A model generated the notes under the pieces. It was not told the DNA's origin. It saw only the letters and a list, made by a program, of their open reading frames with translations, and searched no databases. Positions 31,461-39,677 of a stretch of DNA of 64,000 nt are shown here, piece after piece. The translations under genes and the position numbers were made by a program. The stretch is from positions 2,101-66,100 of the forward strand of contig JAFZYY010000029.1 of the NCBI GenBank assembly GCA_017616015.1, written 5' to 3'. Source of the DNA: Alphaproteobacteria bacterium (lineage in GTDB: Bacteria; Pseudomonadota; Alphaproteobacteria; CAAGCB01; CAG-977). Every line of letters starts with the position of its first letter. Positions within the stretch are counted from its first letter, which is position 1.

Positions 31461-31563
31461 GACTGCGGATCAAAAGGCTGAGAGTTCGGTGACCGAAGGG
31501 AACGACGCCGAGAGGCGTCCCCGTCAGGGGTAAGCGAAGCGAACAATCTTTCTGGGCGCGCCA
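31461..31563 (+). repeat. Degenerate tRNA-Arg 3' fragment (anticodon loop to CCA) carrying the same 55-nt T-loop insertion, copy B
   Basis: GACTgCGGATCAaAAGGCTGAGAGTTCG-[same 55 nt]-AATCTTTCTGGGCGCGCCA. Followed at 31564-31604 by an exact copy of the tRNA-Arg downstream terminator, AAAAAAATCCTCCGGTAACGGGGGATTTTTTTGTAGTAAGCC. Confidence 0.8.
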
Positions 31564-31713
31564 AAAAAATCCTCCGGTAACGGGGGATTTTTTTGTAGTA
31601 AGCCTCAAAACTTTTTGTTGCTTCAAAGGTATCCTTTTTTACAGCGCGCCTTGTTTTGACACGAAAGGCAAATTTCTGTAAGCTCCTGAAAAACAAAAAA
31701 TGAAAGGCGCTTC

Positions 31714-32370
31714 ATGAAAAAAAAGAAAATTGCGTTCGTCTGCGATTTCGACGGCACAATTACGGACGATGATTTTTTCGCGTATACGACAAAAGCTTAT
31801 TTTGACGAACAGGCTTTGGATCCGTGGCGGGCTTTTCTCGCAGGGCAAAAAACGCATTTTCGGGCATTAAAAGAAATGTTTTCGCAAATTCGCGTGTCTG
31901 TTGCGGAATTGCAAAAAACGATTGATTCGATTTTTGTCGATCCGGATTTGGAAGCGACCTGGCGGTTGTGCCGGAACAAGAATATTTCTCTTTATGTTTG
32001 CAGTGCCGGAAACGATTACTATATCCGTCGATTGCTGGGCGACCTTTTGGAAAAATACAATGTCTGTCTGGTATCCAATGCGGGAAAGTATTCTCCTGAA
32101 ACGGGACTTGTTATGACGGCGCCGGAAGAAACGTATCCGTATTATGATGCGGAAACGGGGATTTCAAAGAAATCGGTCGTAGAGAAATTAAAAGAAGATG
32201 GCTTCTTCGTCGTCTTTGCGGGAGACGGTCCGCCCGATGTCGCGCCGGCGGAGCTTGCCGATGTGGTTTTCGCTAAAAAGTTTTTGTTGAAAGCCTGTCG
32301 GGAAAAGGGGATTAAGACCGAAAAATTTGAAAGTTTCAGGGATATTCTGAATTATTTTAAGGAACTGTAA
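31714..32370 (+). CDS. HAD-IB family phosphatase (MtnX/AraL-like)
   Basis: MKKKKIAFVCDFDGTITDDDFF (motif I DxDGT). 218 aa. Translationally coupled to the downstream gene (TAAgATG). Confidence 0.6.
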   Translation: MKKKKIAFVCDFDGTITDDDFFAYTTKAYFDEQALDPWRAFLAGQKTHFRALKEMFSQIRVSVAELQKTIDSIFVDPDLEATWRLCRNKNISLYVCSAGNDYYIRRLLGDLLEKYNVCLVSNAGKYSPETGLVMTAPEETYPYYDAETGISKKSVVEKLKEDGFFVVFAGDGPPDVAPAELADVVFAKKFLLKACREKGIKTEKFESFRDILNYFKEL

Positions 32371-32371
32371 G

Positions 32372-33448
32372 ATGCGATTGAATCAAACATACACAAACAA
32401 GCAAATCGACATTCCTTATTTGCTTAAAATCGGAGAGGGGAAACTTGCAAAAATCGGCAAGTATTTAAGCGATAAAGAGTTCGGAAATATCGCGCTGTTT
32501 CTGGGCGAAGGAATGGAAGAACTGATTGGCGACGCTTTTTTTGCCGGACTGAAAGCTTTTTCCATCAAGACGGTTTTTAAGGAAACTGTAACTGGAATTG
32601 ACTTGGAATCCGTCGCGCATACGGCTTTTTCGTTGCCTGCCGGCGTTGACGCCGTGATCGGAATCGGCGGTGGCAAAGCATTGGATTTTGCCAAGTATGC
32701 GGCTTATTTGTTAAAGTTGCCTTATGTTGCGGTGCCGACCGTGATGTCGAACGACGGGTTTTGCAGTCCGTCCGTTTCTTTAACCGTTTCGGGAAAGCGA
32801 AAATCGGTCAAATCGGGTATTCCTTTCGGCGTCGTGATAGATTTGAATGTTATAAAAAACACTCCTGATGTTTTTTTATATTCGGGTATCGGCGATATGG
32901 TGTCGAAAATTACGGCTCTGCGGGATTGGAAGGAAGCTTTTCGCAAGGGGACGGAACGCTTTAACGATTTTGCGTCGCTGATGGCGTATAATTCTTTGGA
33001 TATTTTGTTTCTAAAGCATTCTTTCGATATTCGATCTTCCGAATTTCAGCGCAGTTTGGCTAATTCTTTATTGATTAGCGGTCTGGCTATGGAAATAGCG
33101 GGGTCGTCCAGACCCGCCAGCGGTTCGGAGCATTTGATTTCGCACGCTTTGGACTCAATTTCGGCCAAGCCCAAACCACATGGCGTTCAGGTCGGCATGG
33201 CGACATATTTATGCGCTTTATTGCAAAATAACGAAAATCTGGCAGATGTCGCGTCCGTTTTGAAAAACACGGGTTTTTTGGCCTTTGTGGCTCAAGATCC
33301 TTTTGACCGCCGTGAAATCGAGCAGGCTTTAAAGTCAGCGCCTTCGGTAAAAACCGATTATTATACGGTGTTATCCGAGACAGATTCTTTTGACAGAGCT
33401 CTTTCTTTTCTGAATACGGACAATCTGCTGAAGCAAATGGTAAAATAA
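32372..33448 (+). CDS. Glycerol-1-phosphate dehydrogenase-like protein (AraM/EgsA branch of the DHQS-like iron-ADH superfamily)
   Basis: GIGGGKALDFAKYAAYLLKLPYVAVPTVMSNDGFCSPSVSL. The GGGK…D dinucleotide loop and the SNDGFxSP motif favour G1PDH/AraM over glycerol dehydrogenase. 358 aa. Confidence 0.55.
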   Translation: MRLNQTYTNKQIDIPYLLKIGEGKLAKIGKYLSDKEFGNIALFLGEGMEELIGDAFFAGLKAFSIKTVFKETVTGIDLESVAHTAFSLPAGVDAVIGIGGGKALDFAKYAAYLLKLPYVAVPTVMSNDGFCSPSVSLTVSGKRKSVKSGIPFGVVIDLNVIKNTPDVFLYSGIGDMVSKITALRDWKEAFRKGTERFNDFASLMAYNSLDILFLKHSFDIRSSEFQRSLANSLLISGLAMEIAGSSRPASGSEHLISHALDSISAKPKPHGVQVGMATYLCALLQNNENLADVASVLKNTGFLAFVAQDPFDRREIEQALKSAPSVKTDYYTVLSETDSFDRALSFLNTDNLLKQMVK

Positions 33449-33450
33449 TT

Positions 33451-33476
33451 CCCTCGCTTGTTAAAGCGAGGGAAGA
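33451..33476. terminator. Hairpin terminator shared by the convergent G1PDH-like and hypothetical genes
   Basis: CCCTCGCTTgttaAAGCGAGGG. The minus strand reads into AATTATTTTA after the stem. Confidence 0.45.
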
Positions 33477-33526
33477 ATCTGAAGAAAAGTACGGCTGCAC
33501 GCAAAAGCGCCGGCTTTCTTTACAAT

Positions 33527-33937
33527 TTAATCAAAAGCCCAATCCAGAATCTTTTGAGGCGTAACGGCAAAGGCTTCGCAGATCATTTCGGCGGCTTCAA
33601 AGGGTTCGGGCAGACCGCCGAAGAGTTTATCATTTGCAAAGATTAAGTGAATTCCTTTCTGGGAAGCGGTTTTTTTTCGTTCCAAATAGAGGTCTGCTTT
33701 TTTGAAAGCCGTTACGGCCGTTTTAGCGTGCTGTTTGTTTTCATTTTGGTTTTCGGCTTCGAAAGCCAGACTGATTTCAAAGGGTTTGCCGGGGACATTG
33801 TACCGGACTTCGTAACGAAAGCGTTTGGTTCCGAAAGCAATATAAGAATTACTTTCGGTGACAGTTCCTAAAATATCATCGTCGTATTTTTCGGCGATTT
33901 TATTGATAAGTTCTGTGTAAAAATCTTTTCTATTCAT
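33527..33937 (-). CDS. Hypothetical protein (136 aa), no recognisable domain
   Basis: ORF only. AT-rich flanks and a strong downstream terminator. Acidic and helical. Confidence 0.35.
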   Translation of the reverse strand: MNRKDFYTELINKIAEKYDDDILGTVTESNSYIAFGTKRFRYEVRYNVPGKPFEISLAFEAENQNENKQHAKTAVTAFKKADLYLERKKTASQKGIHLIFANDKLFGGLPEPFEAAEMICEAFAVTPQKILDWAFD

Positions 33938-34028
33938 GTTTTTCTCTCTTTCAAAAAATAATACAATTAATAATTATACAATAGTTTTTTTATTTTTATA
34001 ACAAAAATATTTTAAAATATTTTTTATA

Positions 34029-34062
34029 AAAAATCCTCGCATTTTTTTATGCGAGGATTTTA
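34029..34062. terminator. Bidirectional intrinsic terminator in an approximately 140-bp AT-rich spacer
   Basis: AAAATCCTCGCATttttttATGCGAGGATTTT, with A/T runs on both sides. Confidence 0.6.
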
Positions 34063-34083
34063 CTTAATTTTATTATGAAATAA

Positions 34084-35049
34084 CTATTTCTCAGGCTCTT
34101 TAAATAAAGGCTTTCCTTGGAACATACGCGCGGATTGCGATTCCATCAGTGTTCCCAAAGCGATCTGACGATCTCTGATGCAAATACGCAACTGATCCGC
34201 GGCGGTCGGATCCGGATTTGCAAAAACGAACCGAATTTCGGGAAACAGTGTTTTGATGCCCTGTAATTTTTGGTGAATAACGCCTAAAATACCGCGTCCC
34301 AACAGGTCGGCGGCCAATTCTTCGCTTAAATCGGAGCTCATGGCGTATTTGATGATAGAGTTGAGCGCGTCTTCCACGCTGTTGGCGTGAATGGTCGACA
34401 AAACCAAGTGACCCGATGTGGCTGCGCGCAAAATCTGACTGGCGCAGTCGGGCGTACGGATTTCGCCCACCAAAATATAACGGGGACGGCAACGCAAAGC
34501 GGATTTCAGCGATTCGCCCCAATCGTTGTTTGCCGGCTCGGTTTGTTTGCACATGCCCAAGCCGCCTCGCTTTGACTGGTAAATGCCGTCCAAGGGCATT
34601 TCCGGAGGATCTTCAATCGTGTAGGCGTAACCGCCTTCACGTTCCAGAAACTTGCGCAGCAAACAGGAGATGGCTGTCGTCTTTCCCGAACCGGTCGGGC
34701 CGGCCCACAAGATCAAACCGGCTTCTCTGTTCAGGGAAATTAAATGGTTCGTTACGGCTTCCGGCAGTCCCAATCTCACAACGTCCGGCGTTTTGCGCGG
34801 CATTCTGCGGGCGGAATACATAATGCCGCTTAAAGTGGAAACGCGTTCCACGCGGTACATGGTGGATCCGTAAGCCATGGAATAGCTCGAGCGACCGGTA
34901 TATGTGCGTTCAAGCGCCTGATGAAAGGTTTCTTTATCGTCCACTTCCAACACCTTCAGGCCAAAGCGTGTTTCGCCGTCATGAATATACAAAGTGCCGT
35001 CAGGCGTGTACCATATATCTGAAAAAAGTTGTTCGTCTATTGTAGCCAT
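34084..35049 (-). CDS. Orphan PilT-like (GspE-superfamily) secretion/pilus-retraction ATPase
   Basis: Walker A GLILWAGPTGSGKTT, Asp box AYTIEDPPEM, Walker B RYILVGEIRT, His box LSTIHANSV. The N-terminal YRVERVSTLSGIMYSARRMP resembles PilT FRVNAF…AVFRTIP. 321 aa. Confidence 0.65.
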   Translation of the reverse strand: MATIDEQLFSDIWYTPDGTLYIHDGETRFGLKVLEVDDKETFHQALERTYTGRSSYSMAYGSTMYRVERVSTLSGIMYSARRMPRKTPDVVRLGLPEAVTNHLISLNREAGLILWAGPTGSGKTTAISCLLRKFLEREGGYAYTIEDPPEMPLDGIYQSKRGGLGMCKQTEPANNDWGESLKSALRCRPRYILVGEIRTPDCASQILRAATSGHLVLSTIHANSVEDALNSIIKYAMSSDLSEELAADLLGRGILGVIHQKLQGIKTLFPEIRFVFANPDPTAADQLRICIRDRQIALGTLMESQSARMFQGKPLFKEPEK

Positions 35050-35138
35050 TGTTTAACCTGTTAAATATTCCCTAAGTATCTCAAATATAAACGGAGTTCT
35101 GTTATAAAAGCAAGAAAAGTCGTATGTGCCTTCGTTAA

Positions 35139-35930
35139 TTATTTATGAATGCCGAACGTACGGAAAAGAAAGAAAAATAAAGCGCAAATTATTTCCATGG
35201 CGGGAGCCGCGGGCAAATCAAAAAATATGGAGCAGGCCAGTCCCGTTATGACGCAAACGATGCCGATTAACGCTCCCAGAAAAGCCATTTGTTCCGGCGT
35301 TTTCGCGAAAAATCTGGCAGAGCAGGGCGGTATAATCAAAAGCGCCGAAATCAGCAATATGCCCGTTGTCTTGAATGCCAGAGCGACAAACAGCGCCGTT
35401 AAAACCATAAAGATAACGGATTGTTTTTTGGAAGATATGCCTTCGCTTTGCGCTATATCCGGCAGAATGGCCGTGAAAATCATTTTTTTCCAGTTTAAGA
35501 ATAATAAAACGGCACAAAAGCAACTGGAAATGATAATAAAAATCAAATCGTTTTCCGTAACGGACAGGACGTCTCCGAACAGGTAAGCCGTCAGATCGGT
35601 TCTGATGCCGGGCATATAGGAAAAGCCGATAATGCCGGCGCATAAGGCTGTCTGTCCGATAATCAGCAACAGTAAATCCGATCCGATGACAAATCTGTCC
35701 GGAATTTGCGTTAACAGCAGAGCGGTCAGGCAAACGACGATGGCCACCCCCGGATTTTGACCGATTCCCAGAGCTATTCCAAGCAAAACGCCGGCCAAAG
35801 CGGAATGCGACAGCGAATCGCTGAAATACGCCATGCGCCGCCAGATCATCAGACAGCCGATCGGGCTGGCCAGCATGGCCATGACAACGGCGGCAATCAG
35901 TCCTCGCAGAATAAACGGTTCAGTCCACAT
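35139..35930 (-). CDS. znuB: Zinc/manganese ABC transporter permease
   Basis: MWTEPFILRGLIAAVVMAMLASPIGCLMIWRRMAYFSDSLSHSAL, the ZnuB/MntB family pattern. The start overlaps the znuC stop. Confidence 0.85.
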   Translation of the reverse strand: MWTEPFILRGLIAAVVMAMLASPIGCLMIWRRMAYFSDSLSHSALAGVLLGIALGIGQNPGVAIVVCLTALLLTQIPDRFVIGSDLLLLIIGQTALCAGIIGFSYMPGIRTDLTAYLFGDVLSVTENDLIFIIISSCFCAVLLFLNWKKMIFTAILPDIAQSEGISSKKQSVIFMVLTALFVALAFKTTGILLISALLIIPPCSARFFAKTPEQMAFLGALIGIVCVITGLACSIFFDLPAAPAMEIICALFFFLFRTFGIHK

Positions 35931-36681
35931 GACGAATGCTCCCGTCCGGCAAATGAGTATGGTCGTGGTGATGTCGGTAAAAAGCCAGCGACGAATTTTT
36001 GCCGAATAATGTGTGATAATCCGGCAGATCGGATATTTCATCGGGCGTGCCGCTGCAACAAATATGGCGGTTCAGGCACAAAACCTGATGCGTGCTGGCC
36101 ATGACGACGTGCAAATCATGAGATACCATGACGATGGCGCAATGCTTTGTTTTGTTTAATTCGGACAGCAAAGAATAAAGCTGTTCTTCGCCCGCCGGAT
36201 CAAGTCCCTGAGCCGGTTCGTCCAGCACTAACAGATCGGGTTGTTTTAACAGTGTCCTGGCCAACATGACGCGCTGTATTTCTCCGCCGGACAAAGGGTG
36301 GATACTGCGGGAAAGCAGATTCTGCGCACCCGTTTCTTCAAGCGCTTGCAACAATTCGGCGCGATCGTATTTGTTTTCCAGACAAAGAAATCGCTCGACC
36401 GTTAAGGGAACCGTGCGCGGCAGATTTAATTTCTGCGGCACGTAGCCGATTTTAATTCCTTCTTTTTTCCAAACAGATCCCTGGTCGGGGCGGATAATGC
36501 CTAAAATGATTTTTAACAGAGTTGTTTTGCCGGCGCCGTTGGGACCGATAACCGTGACAATTTGGTCGGATAAAATGTCGAAAGAAACGTCCTGAAGGAC
36601 ATTTTTTCCGTTGAAGCAAACGGTAATGCCGTCAAGCTTAACCAAAACTGTTTTTGTATCTTCGGACATGTTATCTTTCAT
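35920..36681 (-). CDS. znuC: Zinc ABC transporter ATP-binding protein
   Basis: Walker A GPNGAGKTT, signature LSGGEIQRV, Walker B LLVLDEP. Start ambiguous (MKDNM or MSEDT). Confidence 0.85.
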   Translation of the reverse strand: MKDNMSEDTKTVLVKLDGITVCFNGKNVLQDVSFDILSDQIVTVIGPNGAGKTTLLKIILGIIRPDQGSVWKKEGIKIGYVPQKLNLPRTVPLTVERFLCLENKYDRAELLQALEETGAQNLLSRSIHPLSGGEIQRVMLARTLLKQPDLLVLDEPAQGLDPAGEEQLYSLLSELNKTKHCAIVMVSHDLHVVMASTHQVLCLNRHICCSGTPDEISDLPDYHTLFGKNSSLAFYRHHHDHTHLPDGSIRHVD

Positions 36682-36749
36682 TTTTTTAAAGGCTTGTGTT
36701 TTCCTTTTCAGCGTAATACACAATAAGAAAAAACGGAGCAATCTTTTTT

Positions 36750-37640
36750 ATGATGTTTAAAGTTATTTTTATTGGTTTGTTCTGGTTGCTTTCGTTGGCA
36801 AAAGCGACTTCGGCCGCTCCTGTCGTTGTTGTTTCAACGGCTCCGATTCACAGTGTGGTTGCCTCTGTCATGGATAGAATCGGAACGCCGGAATTGTTAT
36901 TGCCTCCCGCTGTTTCCGTTCATGATTTTTATTTAAAGCCTTCCGATATGCATCGTCTGGCGCATGCCGATGTTGTTTTTTGGGGCGGAGAGGAATTGGA
37001 AACCGCGTTGATCAAAGCGCTTCAGGCTACCGGAAAAGAAAGCCAAAGCGTTTCCGTACTGAAAGATCCCCGATTAACCCTTTTGCCGGCGAGGGGCGCG
37101 GATCATCATGATGAAAAAGACGGCCATTTCTGGCTGATGCCCGAAAATATGATCGCGGTTGCCGAAATAGCGGCTGAAAAACTGTCGGCGCTGGATCCTG
37201 AAAATGCGTTGCTTTATCGTAAAAACGCGGAACGGTTGAAAGAAAGAATCATTTCTTTGAAAAACGAAGGAAAAAAGGAACTTAAAGCGTATGCCCGCGC
37301 GCCATATGTCGTTTTTCATGACGCTTATCAGTATTTTGAAAAAAGTTTCGGTTTGTCGCCGCTGGGGGCTCTGTTTGTCGACCCTCATCATGCGGCCGGG
37401 GCGTCCCGGATTTCCGAAACGCGGGAGAAAATAAAAAAAGCGGGAACCGTCTGTCTGTTTTCAGAACCGCAGTTTTCTGATAAAAGAATAAAAATCGCCG
37501 CGGAGGGACTGCCTGTTATTTTCGGCCGATTGGATCCGCTGGGGTCAACTTTTGAACCGGGAAAAAACTTTTATTTTGAATTGATGGAAAATCTGTTTCG
37601 TTCTTTTGCCGAATGCCTGATTCAACTGCCTGAAAAATAA
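36750..37640 (+). CDS. znuA: Zinc ABC transporter periplasmic substrate-binding protein
   Basis: Signal peptide. Cluster A-1 SBP pattern with a His/Asp-rich loop (GADHHDEKDGHFW). Divergent from znuCB. Confidence 0.8.
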   Translation: MMFKVIFIGLFWLLSLAKATSAAPVVVVSTAPIHSVVASVMDRIGTPELLLPPAVSVHDFYLKPSDMHRLAHADVVFWGGEELETALIKALQATGKESQSVSVLKDPRLTLLPARGADHHDEKDGHFWLMPENMIAVAEIAAEKLSALDPENALLYRKNAERLKERIISLKNEGKKELKAYARAPYVVFHDAYQYFEKSFGLSPLGALFVDPHHAAGASRISETREKIKKAGTVCLFSEPQFSDKRIKIAAEGLPVIFGRLDPLGSTFEPGKNFYFELMENLFRSFAECLIQLPEK

Positions 37641-37650
37641 GGAATATCGA

Positions 37651-39165
37651 ATGAAGTTTAAACTGTTTTTGCTGTTCGTTTTATGTTGTTTGTCCCAAAC
37701 GGGGCAGGCGCGGAACGTTATGCCTCAGGAAATTCGGTATCCGGCAATGATCGGGCGCTTTTATCCGCGCGACGGACGGGAATTGTCCCGGCAGGTTTCC
37801 GATTTGATTGATGCCGCCGATCGCCGATTGCGCGTGTCTGACGGAAATATTCCCAAAGCCGTTATCGTTCCCCATAACGCTTTATACTTTTCCGGAGAAG
37901 TCGCAGGTGCAGGATATGCCGCGCTGAAACGTTTAAAACCTTTTGTTAAACGCGTCGTTTTGATAGGTTCTTCTCATCAGGGGAAATATTTCGGGATTTC
38001 TTTGCCGCAGGCTCAGTATTGGGAAATGCCCAACCGACGTTTTGAAGTCGATCGGAACATGGTCGGAAATCTGATCAAAATGCAAGGGATAGGCTTTGAT
38101 AATTATGCGCATGAAGCGGAGTTTTCTTTGGAAATGCAACTGCCGTTTATCAATGCGGTTTTCGGAAAAGATGTTAAAATCGTCCCCATTTTGGTTGAAG
38201 ACGCCAGCGTGGCGCAAATCGCGGATTTGATCGACGTTGTTTGGGGCGGACCTGAAACCGTCATTATTATTTCAACGGATATGTCCGCGGGAAAAGATGC
38301 CGAAGAGGTCGGAAAAGCTATCCGGGAAACGGCGGCTCGTCTGGAAAAAAAAGACTATTCCTCAATTAAGGAAAAGCATTTTTGCGCGCCGCTGCCGGTG
38401 GCGGGAATTTTGGCGTATGCGCGCGAAAACGGTTTGGAAGTTCAGACTCTTGATTTGAAAACATCGGCCGACGCTTTTCCGATGACGGATAAAGTCATCG
38501 GTTTCGGCGCTTTCGGCATATATGAAACGGACAATTCGTTGCAGGCGGACAGCCGCGAACGTCTGGAAAGCATTTTGCAAACCAATCAGGAAACGTTGCT
38601 GCGCGTTGCCGCACAGTCCATTATAACCGGGTTTGAACGCGGCCGTCCCCTCCGTTTAAGAGAAAACCGTTATCCGGAAGAATTGCGCGAAAAAGGAGCA
38701 ACATTCGTTAATATCTATTATAACGGCGCTTTGCGCGGCAGCTCAGGGTCAACCGAAGCGACACGTTCCATTTTGGAAGATATTTCCGAAAATGCGTATG
38801 CAGCGGCTTTTTCGGATTATCGTTTCATTCCTTTGAACGAAGATGAAATGAAAAAAGCGGAAATATCCATTTCGTTTTTAACGCACCCCGTTCCGATTCG
38901 ATTCGAAAACGAAGAAGATTTACTGTCGAAAGTCGCGCCGCAGTTGGACGGACTGATTTTAAAAGAAAGAGCTAATCGCGCTTTGTTTTTGCCGCAGACA
39001 TGGCAAACGTTTTCTTCGCCGAAGGAATTCTTTATTCACTTGAAGCAGAATGCCGGTTTGCCTGCCGATTATTGGTCGCCGACGGTGAAGGTTTATCGCT
39101 TTAACGTGATCGATATTAACAGCGGCGATTTGGAAAATCCCAAATCGATTTGGCAGTCGAGGTGA
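37651..39165 (+). CDS. Memo (MEMO1/AmmeMemoRadiSam protein B)–AMMECR1 fusion protein with N-terminal Sec signal peptide
   Basis: Signal peptide MKFKLFLLFVLCCLSQTGQA. Memo-like region with IVPHNALYFSG, LIGSSHQGKY, ISTDMSAG and HFCAP. AMMECR1-like C-terminal half (…ATFVNIYYNGALRGSSGS…RFIPLNEDEM…ISISFLTHP…). 10 nt downstream of znuA. Confidence 0.6.
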   Translation: MKFKLFLLFVLCCLSQTGQARNVMPQEIRYPAMIGRFYPRDGRELSRQVSDLIDAADRRLRVSDGNIPKAVIVPHNALYFSGEVAGAGYAALKRLKPFVKRVVLIGSSHQGKYFGISLPQAQYWEMPNRRFEVDRNMVGNLIKMQGIGFDNYAHEAEFSLEMQLPFINAVFGKDVKIVPILVEDASVAQIADLIDVVWGGPETVIIISTDMSAGKDAEEVGKAIRETAARLEKKDYSSIKEKHFCAPLPVAGILAYARENGLEVQTLDLKTSADAFPMTDKVIGFGAFGIYETDNSLQADSRERLESILQTNQETLLRVAAQSIITGFERGRPLRLRENRYPEELREKGATFVNIYYNGALRGSSGSTEATRSILEDISENAYAAAFSDYRFIPLNEDEMKKAEISISFLTHPVPIRFENEEDLLSKVAPQLDGLILKERANRALFLPQTWQTFSSPKEFFIHLKQNAGLPADYWSPTVKVYRFNVIDINSGDLENPKSIWQSR

Positions 39166-39169
39166 GCTT

Positions 39170-39646
39170 ATGGCTAAAATTCTATGGGTTGTCGCGGGGG
39201 CTTTGGTGACACAGGAGGGCAAAGTGTTGCTGTCCCGTCGTCCGGAAGGCAAAAATCTGGCGGGATTCTGGGAATATCCCGGTGGAAAAATAGAAGAAAA
39301 CGAAACGCCGGAAGCCGCTTTGTGCCGCGAATTGAAAGAAGAGCTTTGTTTAACGATCGAACCTGCGGATTTGAAGCCTTTAACGTTTGCTTCTTTTGAT
39401 TATTCCGATTTTCATTTGGTGATGCCTTTGTTTGTTTGCCGGCGTTGGCAGGGAACGCCCGTTTGCGCCGAAGGTCAGCAAATTTCTTTTGTTTCTCTGG
39501 AAACAGTCGGTACGGCGCAAAAAGAATATCCGATGCCGCCGGCAGACGACGAATTATCCGCGCACTTGCGGGCATGGGCAAAACAGCAAAAAGAATTTGA
39601 AAAAAATACAATACATTCTGGCGATATGAAAAATCTTAGTATATAG
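39170..39646 (+). CDS. mutT: NUDIX 8-oxo-dGTP diphosphatase (MutT-like)
   Basis: Nudix box GGKIEENETPEAALCRELKEELCL. 158 aa. Confidence 0.75.
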   Translation: MAKILWVVAGALVTQEGKVLLSRRPEGKNLAGFWEYPGGKIEENETPEAALCRELKEELCLTIEPADLKPLTFASFDYSDFHLVMPLFVCRRWQGTPVCAEGQQISFVSLETVGTAQKEYPMPPADDELSAHLRAWAKQQKEFEKNTIHSGDMKNLSI

Positions 39647-39677
39647 TAATTAAAACTTTTTGTATTGGATTTGAAAA

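Noticed and set aside
30739-31696. Minus-strand ORFs 30739-30939 and 31415-31696 sharing the peptide LTPDGDASRRRSLRSPNS
   Set aside because: They are translations of the two tRNA-fragment repeat copies and their insertion. The shared peptide comes from the DNA repeat, not from a conserved protein.
30777-34080. Prophage or integrative-element interpretation of the tRNA-Arg-adjacent region
   Set aside because: No integrase, excisionase, phage structural or conjugation genes are present. Only att-like tRNA fragment scars and three metabolic or hypothetical genes are there, so it is called an islet or scar rather than a mobile element.
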